DNA of 64,000 nt from an uncultured Candidatus Saccharibacteria bacterium (GCA_964494945.1 CAZBTX010000001.1:3088-67087); one strand, 5' to 3'. Positions 43,501 to 53,050 are shown, counted from the first letter of the stretch. Numbers and translations are program-made. The notes: generated from the letters alone by a model not told the origin.

Positions 43501-46500
43501 TGACTGAAAGCATGGCATAAGGAGATGTCGTCCCGATGCCGACGTTGGCTCCGCTTCCGAGGATCAACGAGTTGGATTGAGTTACCACGGCGTTGTAACC
43601 GATGGCCGTCGCGTTGGTGAGGTTGGCGGAGGTAAGACCGAAGGTACTATCGTCTTGAGCGCCAATAAACGTATTGGTTGACCCCGTGGTATTGGCACGC
43701 CCGGCGTTTCTGCCGACCGCTACGTTATTGCCGGCGGTGGTATTTAGCAACGAGTATATGCCAATCGTAGTGTTCTGGATGCCGCTGATGTTATTAAACA
43801 GACTATCAAAACCAACAGCCGTATTTTCACTGCCACCGGTGTTTAGCTTCATCGCCTCAAATCCTACGGCGGTATTAGAACTATTAGTATTGCTCGTTAG
43901 TGCCGAGCTCCCTAAAGCCGTGTTATTACTGCCGGAAACATTGGCGGCAAGGGCTCTGTCGCCAACAGCCGTGTTGTCGTCCCCCGTAGTGTTTAAGGTA
44001 AGGGCGTTATAGCCAACGGCGGTGAGCGAGGTGGCCGCAGTGGTGAGCGAGGCAAGGGCATTAGTGCCAACCGCAGTATCTCTCTGGGAGTCCGTGTCCA
44101 TGGTCAAGTTCCCCGCGCTGACCCCAACAAAAGTGTTGTTAGTGCCGAAAGTATGCAGAAGCGTATTTGCAGCCGACTTGATAATGCCTACGGTGGCTGT
44201 GGTGGCCGGTAGCGTGATCGTTCCCGTTGCCGTGATATTAGCAACCGAGGTGATATTTCCGGAAATCAAGGCATTCCCCTGCACCGAGAGGGTTGTTGCC
44301 GGACTCGTCGTCCCGATGCCGACGTTGCCTGAGTTTTTTACTATGAACCTGTTCCCGTCGGTCCCATCATCACTGGATAGCATGAAAAGATCGGATGCTC
44401 CTGCTGATGCACTGACCTCCAAAAGCGCATCTGGATTTATGTCTCCGATGCCGATGTTGCCGCCCTCAAGAACAGAGAACACCTCGTCGTTCGTGCCTGC
44501 ATAAAATCTTGCCCTGTCGGCATCAAATCTTAACGTTGCCACTGTGGTGCCCCCGCCTTCAATACTCCACCCCGTACTTTGAGATATGAAACTGAGGCGT
44601 ATTTGCGCATCAGCGTTTGCTGAATCAAATGCTGTACAACTGGAAACGCCGCAATCAACACTCACTCTGCCACCGACAATATCCAGTTTTTGACTCGGAT
44701 TCGCCGTCCCAATTCCCACATTCCCGGAATTCAGAACCGTGAAGAGCGTCGTGGTCGCTGAAGCCGTTGACGAAGCGATGGTCAAGAGAGGTTGAGTGGA
44801 ATCGGTCGCAAGATTCGCGATGGAAAGTTTTGAATAAGGCGAGGTGGTGCCAATGCCGACGTTGCCAGAGTTTACAATCCGCATCGCCTCGGTGGCTCCG
44901 TTGTTGCCGACTAAGAATTTAATGAAGTCAGTGGTGCCAACGCCCGAGGTGGACTGTAAAGATAGTGAAGAGCCAACTGCGCTCCCGCCGATCAAAAGTG
45001 GGTCAATGATGGAGGTGCCGAAGTAGCCAGTTTTAATGAGATTGGTGGATTTTCCGATATCGGAGCCATTGTTGGCCTCCGGATAAAATCCGGATGAGTT
45101 GTCAATGTTCCAACGAGTGCTGCCCATGTTTTCAGATAACTGGAGAATTCCGCCACCCGCGCCGATGTTTAAGTTCTGCGTGCCTGGGCTTCCCGCTCTC
45201 TCAATGCCCAGAAAGTGACTGCCGTCGCTGTTTCTGGAGTTTATGCTGAACCGAACGTAGTTGGAGGCATTGGTGTAGGTTGAATATATATTCAGGCCCT
45301 GTTCTTGCGTGCCGTTTTGGAGCGCAACGCCTTTGACTAAGTTTCCTCCAGAGCTTGAGAATTGTTCCTTTTGCAAAAGCACATCCGCGGTTCCCGCGCC
45401 GTTGTCCCAGCCGATGATACTTGAGGAAGCCACGGTGAGCGCTTGGCTTGGATTAGAAATCCTAATCCCCACATTCCCGGAAGCATCCACAATGAAGGAG
45501 GTGGCGGTTGAGGAGCCAATGGCGAACGCGGTCTGGGTGGTTCCGGCCGGGGACTGAATGGAGAGCGTGGCAAAGGGCGAAGAAGTGCCAATACCCACTC
45601 TCCCGAAAGGCGAGGATGAAGTGTCCAAAGAAAGCAGAGGATTGGCGGCTGTGGTGCTTGTCGCCAGAGACCAGGCATTGACCGTCAGGTTGGGAATGGT
45701 GCTTGTCGCCCGATTGTTGTAGACAATGTTCCCGGAGTTGATGGAGAAAAGGTCTCCGATGGCATCACCCACATATAAAGAACCCTCCACCAGCAAAGAG
45801 GAGGCGGAAGTGGAGGCCACGGTGACTGAACCGGCCGAGGTCAGGGAATTGACATACACATCCCCCTCGGCATCCACCAGGAACTTGGTAGAGCCATTGA
45901 CCGCCAGACCCAGGAGATTGGTATCGGAGACGGCTGATGCGGGATTGATATACAGGGAAGAGTTGGACACCGCCGCATTGGCCACTCCCGTGGCCCAGGC
46001 GGGAAAGGTGTGGGGCGTTACGGGGACATAGGTAGCCACCACCTGGCCGGAACTGGTGGTGGTGGCCGAGACGGATAGAGTTCCGTTATTAGCCGAGAAC
46101 ACCCCGCCCACCGAGAGCGCCCCGTGGATCTGGGTGTCTCCCGATACTTCAAAGTTGCCGGAGGTGGTGGTGGAGACACCCACCCCCAAGCCCCCGGTGA
46201 GATATGTATGGCCGGATACGGAAAGAAGCTGGGAGGGTGAAGAAGTGCCGATGCCCACTTTATTCCCCCCAAAATCAACCACCAGAGTATCGGTGTCTAT
46301 GGTCAGTCCTCCCGCCATGGTGGAAGTGGAGGTGGTATCGGTCAGGGTCAATTTAGAGGCGGTAACTCCTGCTGTTACCGTGAGCGACCCCGTGCTCACC
46401 ATAAGATCACCGGTTCTCACGGTGGCGCCGTTATAAATGTCCAGGGAGTCCAGCTTGTCTATTCTCTGCGAGACGGTCACCATCTGGAGGGAAGAGCCGG

Positions 46501-47617
46501 CCACGCGGGAAGTATTATTCAAGTCCCCCCGCACGGTGAAGAGGTCATGGGAGAGGGAGGCCAGTTCCACTCTGATTTTGTTGTTTTCCTGCTGAAAGAG
46601 TTGAGAGAGCTCTTGCTTAAGACCGGCGGTGTCCGTTATGACCAGTTGTCTTTCTATGATGGTGGAGGGTTGCTCTTGCTTTTCGGCAGATGCGGCTGGT
46701 TTCTCCGGCTCTTGGCCGTTTAGCGTAAATTCAACTGTTCCCGATGGCAGGGTCAGCGGCTCGCGAATTCTAGAGCCCAAAAGCAAATTGGAGAAGAAAG
46801 GCCGGATGTTCTTGAAGAGTCCCGCGATGTTGCCTTCGCTTTGGATGATACGCGCGACATTCTGCCCGGTGTCTTGGGTGGCGGTGAGGCCGGATTGATA
46901 GAAATTCAGGGAGGCCTCGGTTAGAGAATTTCCCAGCGAATCAATTAGGTTGCTTTTTAAAGCGGCGGGATTTTTAAAATAGCCGCCAAGGCCGGTTAGA
47001 ATGAGATTTGCCGTATCCGGCGTGCCCGAAGTGATATCGGAGATGCTTAGCCGATTTTGGGTTTCAGCCGGTAAAATTTGGCGATGGGATGTTGAAACAG
47101 CTAAAGAACGCAAGTGCTCCCCGGCGTCTTTTGCCAATTGAGCCAGGTCTGCTCGGGCATTGAACCCAATCCCGATAGCCGCCGCCAGCAGAATTAGCGC
47201 GCCAACCAGCTTAAAATTTGATACGTATCTTAATCTATCTAAATATTCAGTTAAATCGTATCTTTTTTCACTTTTAAGAATATGTTCTTTAATTCTATCG
47301 TCATTAAGTATTGCCAGCAGGTTCTCCTTTTTAACAGCCAACAGCGTTTCCGAAGGTCTGTAATATTTTTTAGCTTCTCTTCCGTCACGAGCAGTTAAAA
47401 TTTGGCTCCCAGCCGGTTCCGCGGGCTCAATATAGGCCCCTTTTGCCTTTTTCTTACGCCCGGAGAGGTAATCAAGTAGATCTTTTTCCGCAACGAACCA
47501 GTCGCGACCAACTTTCACTCCCCTTAACGATTTGCGGTTGATAAGAACTCTTAAATAATCCTGGTGAACACCGGAAAATTTTGCCGCCGCTTTGAGTCCG
47601 ATCAATTTTTGCTCCAT
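40550..47617 (-). CDS. Giant 2355-aa surface protein: an N-terminal excisionase/MerR-like HTH, one TM helix, then about 2200 aa of Gly/Thr/Ser/Asn-rich beta-repeat sequence with at least 11 GNVGIGTTSP-type repeats
   Basis: One uninterrupted ORF. N-terminal LKAAAKFSGVHQDYLRVLINRKSLRGVKVGRDWFV. TM segment LVGALILLAAAIGIGF. Recurrent GNVGIGTTSPxxxLxVxG motif. C-terminal Thr/Ser/Ala-rich tail. Confidence 0.75.
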   Translation of the reverse strand: MEQKLIGLKAAAKFSGVHQDYLRVLINRKSLRGVKVGRDWFVAEKDLLDYLSGRKKKAKGAYIEPAEPAGSQILTARDGREAKKYYRPSETLLAVKKENLLAILNDDRIKEHILKSEKRYDLTEYLDRLRYVSNFKLVGALILLAAAIGIGFNARADLAQLAKDAGEHLRSLAVSTSHRQILPAETQNRLSISDITSGTPDTANLILTGLGGYFKNPAALKSNLIDSLGNSLTEASLNFYQSGLTATQDTGQNVARIIQSEGNIAGLFKNIRPFFSNLLLGSRIREPLTLPSGTVEFTLNGQEPEKPAASAEKQEQPSTIIERQLVITDTAGLKQELSQLFQQENNKIRVELASLSHDLFTVRGDLNNTSRVAGSSLQMVTVSQRIDKLDSLDIYNGATVRTGDLMVSTGSLTVTAGVTASKLTLTDTTSTSTMAGGLTIDTDTLVVDFGGNKVGIGTSSPSQLLSVSGHTYLTGGLGVGVSTTTSGNFEVSGDTQIHGALSVGGVFSANNGTLSVSATTTSSGQVVATYVPVTPHTFPAWATGVANAAVSNSSLYINPASAVSDTNLLGLAVNGSTKFLVDAEGDVYVNSLTSAGSVTVASTSASSLLVEGSLYVGDAIGDLFSINSGNIVYNNRATSTIPNLTVNAWSLATSTTAANPLLSLDTSSSPFGRVGIGTSSPFATLSIQSPAGTTQTAFAIGSSTATSFIVDASGNVGIRISNPSQALTVASSSIIGWDNGAGTADVLLQKEQFSSSGGNLVKGVALQNGTQEQGLNIYSTYTNASNYVRFSINSRNSDGSHFLGIERAGSPGTQNLNIGAGGGILQLSENMGSTRWNIDNSSGFYPEANNGSDIGKSTNLIKTGYFGTSIIDPLLIGGSAVGSSLSLQSTSGVGTTDFIKFLVGNNGATEAMRIVNSGNVGIGTTSPYSKLSIANLATDSTQPLLTIASSTASATTTLFTVLNSGNVGIGTANPSQKLDIVGGRVSVDCGVSSCTAFDSANADAQIRLSFISQSTGWSIEGGGTTVATLRFDADRARFYAGTNDEVFSVLEGGNIGIGDINPDALLEVSASAGASDLFMLSSDDGTDGNRFIVKNSGNVGIGTTSPATTLSVQGNALISGNITSVANITATGTITLPATTATVGIIKSAANTLLHTFGTNNTFVGVSAGNLTMDTDSQRDTAVGTNALASLTTAATSLTAVGYNALTLNTTGDDNTAVGDRALAANVSGSNNTALGSSALTSNTNSSNTAVGFEAMKLNTGGSENTAVGFDSLFNNISGIQNTTIGIYSLLNTTAGNNVAVGRNAGRANTTGSTNTFIGAQDDSTFGLTSANLTNATAIGYNAVVTQSNSLILGSGANVGIGTTSPYAMLSVTGQIVSNNFSATSTTATSTIATGGFTVGTNQFVVQQTSGNVGIGTTNPASGLHILKAAGSGTADVQIGGTARIGPGHDGKLEIQGATTGIVMNNTNATADNKIWDFGPGMLTAGEFDFRALNDSLATANSWLNVKRSGATISSVNFPNGNVGIGTTSPGSKLSVVGNGIFGSGDAADASLITTSPYGSGNSFFSVLDATNDYGILRLGNLTADADADNVGVISFHADAQSGGTFSKEVARISSNLSGTTATKRGGILAFFTRADNANISTERMRIRSDGRILVGTSAAGDTGSATFNISSSTIATGASYYDDNNTELNLLSDSNVVGAGSKIKFRAAGNGNPAALIGLMREAVGGTAGSLTFFTQNSASTMAEKMRIDGSGNVGIGTTSPFGVLAVSGSGMSSLDSSTPQLNIRNQDATNSVGLRFSNKASRDWIVGVQDTGLFQIRDITAAAYRMTIDTDGILTVNTAGPTLQLPNADQQIFLGVVPSDPGWTIPALVIGNSSAGRTLSLTNIGSVDGGLGANIYYDGSWRYKITNPAQQIYYSGADITLRTAPSGTAGDAITWTNGLIVDANAASNPVQAMLDDEISNVAMCYSGAELSADALRGIGDCTSGGADYAELYPVEQGIEYGEIVALGDGSKMIETYASDEKGSASSTLPHLGYVSELKRSTTAYQSNLLGITSNNYSDFTSAGKNLPETINKLPVALNGRVPVKVSTESGPIKIGDRITSSSLAGVGMKATVSGVTVGIALENFDDSTVGSPTSNTAEVGLPDGQTVKTGKILVFINLGYSKLDEGTTQLAANSEQGIATNGWSVDQTTGKVNVNFYGDVNLNGNALLGVGQIVSQNGLWKIDETGRMTMKYIETDHLTVGSTEAPTGITLFDRATKAAYCVFIERGAVSTISGNCDGLPPISDVSPIASFTPTDTASTTPTADSTDTTITTPTTTLTPEGVGAPNASVGADAASTTDTASSTTATASSTPSS

Positions 47618-47628
47618 CTAACGCGCAC

Positions 47629-47658
47629 TGATACGTAAACGTATCTTTGATACGCATC
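47629..47658. promoter_or_regulatory. Overlapping palindromes GATACGTAAACGTATC and GATACG-c-ATC in the promoter/5'-UTR of the giant-protein gene
   Basis: Read directly, 12-40 bp upstream (minus strand) of the start codon at 47617. Confidence 0.35.
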
Positions 47659-47954
47659 TTCATCATACATCTGTATGAAAAAATTTTTCTTGTGGATAAG
47701 TTTATTTTTACAAAATTTATTTTTAATAAATTGTTCATAAGTTTAAGTTCTCATTGCTTATATTACCCAATATGATAATGGGATTAACCGGCAAGATAAC
47801 TCGTCATACTTATTTATTAGAAAGTCATTTGATTACTCATTAAAACAAAAGAGTTTTTCAATGCATTGCTATAGCATTAAATTGAAAAAACGCTTTATTC
47901 TAATAAGCGCGATTGAGTAAGCCGTATTGGCGGCTTAAATTAGCTTAAGTCACC

Positions 47955-48545
47955 TTATCCTCTTAAACTGAAGAATTTTTTAGCCGCATTTTCCTCCGTG
48001 CCCAGGGACCTTACTTCAAGGCAGTTGACTCCCCCATCAAGGCCGAAAACCTCGCAAATGAATTCAATTTCATCTTCGCAGGGCAGGAAATGCGCGAAGA
48101 CACTTTTTTGGAGTTTATAAAAATTCATGTCATTTAATTTTTTGGACAGGGCGTCGCGCGCCTGTTTTTTATTTTCAGGAATATCAAACATCACTACGCG
48201 CCAGAGGCCGTCCCAGCGCGGTGTATTTTTTAATTTGAGATTCTCTAGATTATATTGGCGCAACCTTTTCTCTCCGGTTGCCGTTAGACGCAACAATGTT
48301 TTGTTGCCGGAATTTTCATGTTCCAAAAACTTTTGCCGGCGCAGGCGTTCAATCGCCACACGAATGCTGTTTTTTCGTTTTCTGCCAATGCCAATTTTTT
48401 CCAGCCGCGGGAGAAAAAGATCACTGATGGAAGCGTCTCTTCGCGAAGAAAACGCGGCGGGGCGGTCGCGCAAAATAGAAAGTATTTCTTTGGCGATAGT
48501 CCCCTTTTTTAAATTTTCCCCGCGCTCAACAGCGATTTTGGGCAT
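47955..48545 (-). CDS. PaaX-like architecture: N-terminal winged helix fused to a C-terminal Cas2/VapD-like ferredoxin-fold domain. Putative regulator, not CRISPR-associated.
   Basis: C-terminal WRVVMFDIPENKKQARDALSKKLNDMNFYKLQKSVFAHF matches the Cas2-like pattern (hhhh-FDI...R..L...G-F..LQ-SVF). The N-terminal 100 aa is basic and HTH-like. No cas1 or repeat array in the window. Confidence 0.4.
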   Translation of the reverse strand: MPKIAVERGENLKKGTIAKEILSILRDRPAAFSSRRDASISDLFLPRLEKIGIGRKRKNSIRVAIERLRRQKFLEHENSGNKTLLRLTATGEKRLRQYNLENLKLKNTPRWDGLWRVVMFDIPENKKQARDALSKKLNDMNFYKLQKSVFAHFLPCEDEIEFICEVFGLDGGVNCLEVRSLGTEENAAKKFFSLRG

Positions 48546-48651
48546 ATTGTTTTAAGCATAGAATTAAGTAATTAAATACACAATGGCTCGCTATAGCGAG
48601 CCATTGTGTATTAGATGTGGATGAAACGGGGGTTACCCGCGCGATTTGGCC

Positions 48652-49758
48652 TTACAGTCCTTCCATTCTTAATTTTTCCATGAGTTCTCGGAGTTGTTTT
48701 GATATCCTGCGCGGTATTTCCACTTTGATTTCCACCAGTAGGTCCCCGTGCTGATAACCGCGGGCTTCCGGCACGCCCTTGCCTCTGACTCTTAAAATAT
48801 CTCCCGATTGGGTGCCTTCCGGGATTTTTAAATTAATTTCCCCTTCCAGTGTTTGAACGGCAACGGTACTCCCCAGTATGGCTTGCGATATTTTAACCGG
48901 TAGTTTCATAACAAGGTCATCCCCTTGCCGGCTGAAGACCCTATGCGGCGTGACTTTGAGCCGAATATAAAGGTCGCCCGGCGTTCCGGTCGGATCGGAT
49001 ATATCCCCCTTACCGGTCAATTTAATACTCTCATCCGGCCGTATGCCCTTAGGGATAATAAGCTCCAGCGTTTCTTCCTTTTTCTGTGCACCCTTACCGG
49101 AGCAGGTAGTGCATGGTTTTGACGGTATTTCTCCTTTACCGCGGCAGGCAGGGCAGGTTTCCACACGAGTTATTGAGCCGAGAAAAGTTCGCTCGTTATG
49201 CTGGATATTGCCTTTGCCGCCGCAGGTATTGCAGGTTATGGTCTTGGCCCCAGGTTCGCCCCCCATCCCCCCGCAATGAGTACAGCGTACAACCCGCCTT
49301 AGAGCTATGCTTTCTTTTCCACCCAGAATACTTTCCTCAAATGGTATGGTTAGCTCCACGACAATATCTTTACCACGCTTTTTCTTGGATCCACGGTTTG
49401 CACTAAAGCCAAACACACCCTCTAAAATGTCGCCTATATCAAAGTCAGTTGAACTGTTTTCTCCAAAGTCAAACTTAATGCCGCCAGTTTGTCCGTGCGC
49501 CTTGAAAATATCTCCCCAATCAAACCCGCCGCCAAATCCTCCCCCGGAATTAAACGCTTGGCCGAAGTTATCATATTGTTGACGCTTTTTTTCATCACCC
49601 AATACTTGGTAGGCCTCATTGATCTCTTTGAATTTTGCGTCGTCTCCCCCGCCTTTGTCGGGATGATACTGATGTGCCAGTTTGCGGTAGGCCTTCTTGA
49701 TCTCTTCTTGAGAGGCGTTTTTGGGTATTCCCAGAACTGAATAAAAATCTTTTGGCAT
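48652..49758 (-). CDS. dnaJ: Chaperone DnaJ. The six-frame ORF extends to 49800 through the flanking CTAAT element; the real start is MPKDFYSVLGI at 49758.
   Basis: J-domain with HPD, G/F region, four CxxCxGxG zinc-finger repeats and a C-terminal domain. Confidence 0.95.
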   Translation of the reverse strand: MPKDFYSVLGIPKNASQEEIKKAYRKLAHQYHPDKGGGDDAKFKEINEAYQVLGDEKKRQQYDNFGQAFNSGGGFGGGFDWGDIFKAHGQTGGIKFDFGENSSTDFDIGDILEGVFGFSANRGSKKKRGKDIVVELTIPFEESILGGKESIALRRVVRCTHCGGMGGEPGAKTITCNTCGGKGNIQHNERTFLGSITRVETCPACRGKGEIPSKPCTTCSGKGAQKKEETLELIIPKGIRPDESIKLTGKGDISDPTGTPGDLYIRLKVTPHRVFSRQGDDLVMKLPVKISQAILGSTVAVQTLEGEINLKIPEGTQSGDILRVRGKGVPEARGYQHGDLLVEIKVEIPRRISKQLRELMEKLRMEGL

Positions 49759-49759
49759 G

Positions 49760-49820
49760 AAGTTAGACGAATGTCTAATTAACCTAATTATTCTAATCAA
49801 TACTCAATGTTTGAATGTCT
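49760..49820. repeat. CTAAT-family element AGTTAGACGAATGTCTAATTAACCTAATTATTCTAATCAA...TGTCTAATGAC, left flank of the IVS-protein gene
   Basis: Shares CTAATTAACCTAATT(TCTAATT)ATTCTAATCAA with 18843-19020 and, inverted, with 50200-50243. Confidence 0.55.
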
Positions 49821-50199
49821 AATGACCAATTTTCTTCTTCCTAAGGTTTCTGGTAATACTGTTAAATATCAAATTCAATTCCTTTGCTTCTTGCCAAAGT
49901 TTTCTAGCTTCTTCTCTCGGTTCGGGAACAGCAATTGCTGTCATTCGTAGCCAATGCTTTGTTTCTCTCGCTTCTTTTTTACAAATGCCAATTTTGTGTT
50001 TGAAGTCCCGGCCCGATTCGGCGTCATCGGCTTCGCAATAATTAGCTCCCACACTTGTCCCAGATTTTACTAACTGGTTAATGATCGGCAGAGTTATCGG
50101 ATTCATTGGTAATTTCTTGGCAAATTTAATGATATCTTCACCAAATTTAGCCGTTCTTTCCTCAAGATCATATTTATTTTTGACCGTATCATTGGTCAT
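49819..50199 (-). CDS. Four-helix-bundle protein of the 23S-rRNA-intervening-sequence-protein family
   Basis: DIIKFAKKLP...LVKSGTSVGANYCEADDAESGRDFKHKIGICKKEARETKHWL is the TIGR02436-type pattern. Confidence 0.7.
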   Translation of the reverse strand: MTNDTVKNKYDLEERTAKFGEDIIKFAKKLPMNPITLPIINQLVKSGTSVGANYCEADDAESGRDFKHKIGICKKEARETKHWLRMTAIAVPEPREEARKLWQEAKELNLIFNSITRNLRKKKIGH

Positions 50200-50243
50200 T
50201 GGGGCTTGATTAGGATAATTAGAAATTAGGTTAATTAGTCATT
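50200..50243. repeat. CTAAT-family element in inverted orientation (GGATAATTAGAAATTAGGTTAATTAG), right flank of the IVS-protein gene
   Basis: Reverse complement AAAATGACTAATTAACCTAATTTCTAATTATCC matches the left-flank element. Confidence 0.55.
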
Positions 50244-51167
50244 TTACAAGGAGTACTTAGTGGCAGGAACACTGGAGGCCGATTCTTGGATGACGCCAGT
50301 TTTTCTCCCAAGCGTAAAAAGTAGAGAAGCTATCAGCAATGTCAGCCAATATATGGGAAGAAATATTCCTTTAACGGTCAAAAATACGGCAATGGTATAA
50401 ATCAGCGGCATATATGCTTCATAGGGCTTGGTAAATTCAGCCGATTTGCGGCCTATAAGGTCATAGAAAACGTCTCCCAGGCGTTCCCCGCCGCCCAAAT
50501 GAGTTCCGAGTTGCTGGGAAAGATTATTTCTGGCCTCGGCCAAAAATGAATTTATTTTTGCCGGAGGAAGCGATTTTATGTCTATACCCGGCCCTATTTC
50601 TGGCTTGGTAATATCTAACAAAAGCTCATTTACTGTCCTATCCTTATCCAATGAGATACCCGCGGAAATTACACCAGCAAGTCCCTTAGCGATGTATGGG
50701 AATGAAATGTCAAATACGGAACGCGGCAGAATGACCACATTTTCTTTTTGCGCGCTGGTGGTGTAGTAAAATAACGCCGCTAAGATAGCCATGCCGGTAA
50801 ATAGCGACGGCAGGCCGGAGCGCAGTATTCTTCTTACTCCAAAAAGGAAGGTAAAATCGCGCTGTTTGGATATCTCCCACCATCCAAGCGCCGCGGATAT
50901 AAAGCCCGCGAATACCCAAGCGTATGTCCACTGGTTCAACGGCAGAAAATAAAATGAGGCCGCGAAGGGAATTCCAAGGCCAAGCCATTTCCAATAAAGT
51001 GAGTTCATCAAAATAGCTCCCAAGCCGTAACAAACGGCGAAGACCAGGATCAGTCCAAGAGTACTTAGCGAGAAAAGTCCTTGCTTATTGCCCGCCCAGA
51101 GTGCGCCCAAGCCCAATAACGCCGTTAATGCCGCAAGTCCCGCTTCCTTATAATAGGTGCTTATCAT
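50244..51167 (-). CDS. Polytopic membrane protein of unknown function, overlapping the dnaK stop by 4 bp
   Basis: About 8 hydrophobic helices. No family recognised. Confidence 0.5.
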   Translation of the reverse strand: MISTYYKEAGLAALTALLGLGALWAGNKQGLFSLSTLGLILVFAVCYGLGAILMNSLYWKWLGLGIPFAASFYFLPLNQWTYAWVFAGFISAALGWWEISKQRDFTFLFGVRRILRSGLPSLFTGMAILAALFYYTTSAQKENVVILPRSVFDISFPYIAKGLAGVISAGISLDKDRTVNELLLDITKPEIGPGIDIKSLPPAKINSFLAEARNNLSQQLGTHLGGGERLGDVFYDLIGRKSAEFTKPYEAYMPLIYTIAVFLTVKGIFLPIYWLTLLIASLLFTLGRKTGVIQESASSVPATKYSL

Positions 51168-53050
51168 TTTTTATCATTATCGTTTTCTTTCGGCTTCTCT
51201 TCAAACTCCGCTTCTTTGGTACCCGATGGGGTATCTTTATTTTCTTGATTGGCTTTATATAAGATTTCCCCAATTTTTTGGAGTGCCATTGATAGAGATT
51301 GCGAGCTTTTTTCTATCTCCGATTTTCCGTCGGTTTCTTTAGCTTTTTTTAACTCGGCAATTTTGCTCTCAATATCGGCTTTTACTTCGGCTGGAACTTT
51401 ATCGCCAGCATCACGGAGCGCTTTTTCGGAGGTGTAGATAAGCGCGTCTGCCGCGTTTTTTACTTCAATTTCTTCTTTCTTTTGCTTATCTTCAGCCGCG
51501 TGCAACTCCGCGTCTTTCTTCATTTTTTCTATTTCTTCCTTGGAAAGCGAAGATGAGGCCTCAATTCTTACCGATTGCTCTTTAGAAGTCGCTTTATCTT
51601 TGGCCTTGACCGAAAGAATGCCGTTGGCGTCAATGTCAAACGTTACTTCCACTTGCGGCATACCGCGGGGTGAAGGCGGAATACCGTCCAAAACGAACCG
51701 CGCCAGGGTCTTGTTATCATGCGCCATTTCGCGCTCGCCCTGTAAAACATGAATTTCCACCTGCGTTTGGTTGTCGGCGGCGGTTGAAAAGATCTGTGAT
51801 TTGGCGGTCGGGACCGTGGTGTTCCTTTCTATGATCTTGGTGAACACACCACCCAGCGTTTCGATGCCGAGCGACAGGGGCGTTACGTCAAGCAGTAAAA
51901 TGTCTTTTACGTCGCCCTGCATGATACCGGCCTGAATGGCGGCGCCCATCGCCACAACCTCATCGGGGTTTATGGTTTTGTTCGGTTCTTTGCCGAAGAG
52001 GTCTTTAACGGCGTTTTGTATGGCCGGCATTCTGGTCTGCCCCCCGACCATGATTATTTCGTTGATGGTTGATAATTGGAATCCGGCAGCTGATACGGCG
52101 CGCTTAGTAATTTCAATTGAGCGGTCAATGTCGGGCTTGACCAAGGCCTCAAGTGTGGCGCGCGAGAATTTCATAGCCAGGTGTTTAGGCCCGGAAGCGT
52201 CAGAAGTGATGAAGGGAATATTTATCTCGGTCTGTAACGTGGAAGAAAGCTCGTGCTTGGCTTTTTCGGCAGATTCTTTCAGCCGCTGCAGTGCCAAGAT
52301 GTCTTTGGAAATATCAATGCCCTGGTCTTTCTTAAATTCAGTGATTATCCAATTTATTATCTTTTGGTCAAAATCATCACCGCCCAAATGCGTGTCGCCG
52401 TCGGTGGATTTCACTTCAATCGTATCGTCGCCGATCTCAAGCACCGAGATGTCAAATGTTCCTCCGCCGAAATCGTAAACTACGATCTTTTCATCTTTCT
52501 TTTTATTCAAGCCATAAGCCAGGGCCGCGGCCGTGGGCTCATTAATGATGCGTTTGACCGCAAATCCCGCGATCTCTCCGGCCGCTTGCGTGGCCTTTCT
52601 TTGGGAATCGTCAAAATAAGCCGGCACCGTAATAACGGCTTCGGTGATCTTTTGTCCCAGGCGCTCTTCAGTGTCGTGTTTTATTTTTTGAAGGATCATG
52701 GCGGAAATCTCTTCGGGTCTAACCCATTTATCCCCCATCTTGGCCTCAACTCCGCCATTAGCCGATTGACGAAGTTCATAGGGCAGAAGTTTTAGGTCTT
52801 TTTGCACTTCTGCATCAGCAAACTTGCGGCCAATCAGGCGCTTAATGGAATAGAATGTGTTTTGCGGATTGGTAACCGCCTGGCGTTTGGCCAAAAGCCC
52901 GACCAATCTATCCCCCGCCTTAGAGAGCGCCACCACTGATGGCGTGGTGCGATTGCCCTCTTTGTTCTCAATGATTTTGGGCTCACTCGCTTCTACGACA
53001 GCTACAGCTGAATTGGTGGTACCGAGGTCTATGCCGATGATTTTAGACAT
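51164..53050 (-). CDS. dnaK: Chaperone DnaK (Hsp70)
   Basis: [18 protein letters not shown] and VGGQTRMP signatures. Confidence 0.97.
   Translation of the reverse strand: MSKIIGIDLGTTNSAVAVVEASEPKIIENKEGNRTTPSVVALSKAGDRLVGLLAKRQAVTNPQNTFYSIKRLIGRKFADAEVQKDLKLLPYELRQSANGGVEAKMGDKWVRPEEISAMILQKIKHDTEERLGQKITEAVITVPAYFDDSQRKATQAAGEIAGFAVKRIINEPTAAALAYGLNKKKDEKIVVYDFGGGTFDISVLEIGDDTIEVKSTDGDTHLGGDDFDQKIINWIITEFKKDQGIDISKDILALQRLKESAEKAKHELSSTLQTEINIPFITSDASGPKHLAMKFSRATLEALVKPDIDRSIEITKRAVSAAGFQLSTINEIIMVGGQTRMPAIQNAVKDLFGKEPNKTINPDEVVAMGAAIQAGIMQGDVKDILLLDVTPLSLGIETLGGVFTKIIERNTTVPTAKSQIFSTAADNQTQVEIHVLQGEREMAHDNKTLARFVLDGIPPSPRGMPQVEVTFDIDANGILSVKAKDKATSKEQSVRIEASSSLSKEEIEKMKKDAELHAAEDKQKKEEIEVKNAADALIYTSEKALRDAGDKVPAEVKADIESKIAELKKAKETDGKSEIEKSSQSLSMALQKIGEILYKANQENKDTPSGTKEAEFEEKPKENDNDKK

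Noticed and set aside
40563-46898. Numerous plus-strand ORFs of 60-160 aa overlapping the giant minus-strand gene (for example 42954-43400 and 44022-44504)
   Set aside because: All lie antisense to a single uninterrupted 7-kb ORF with a coherent repeat architecture. Their translations are low-complexity mirror images of the Gly/Thr/Ser-rich sense frame. They are spurious.
51936-52795. Plus-strand 180-aa ORFs inside dnaK
   Set aside because: Antisense to one of the most conserved proteins known. Clearly spurious.
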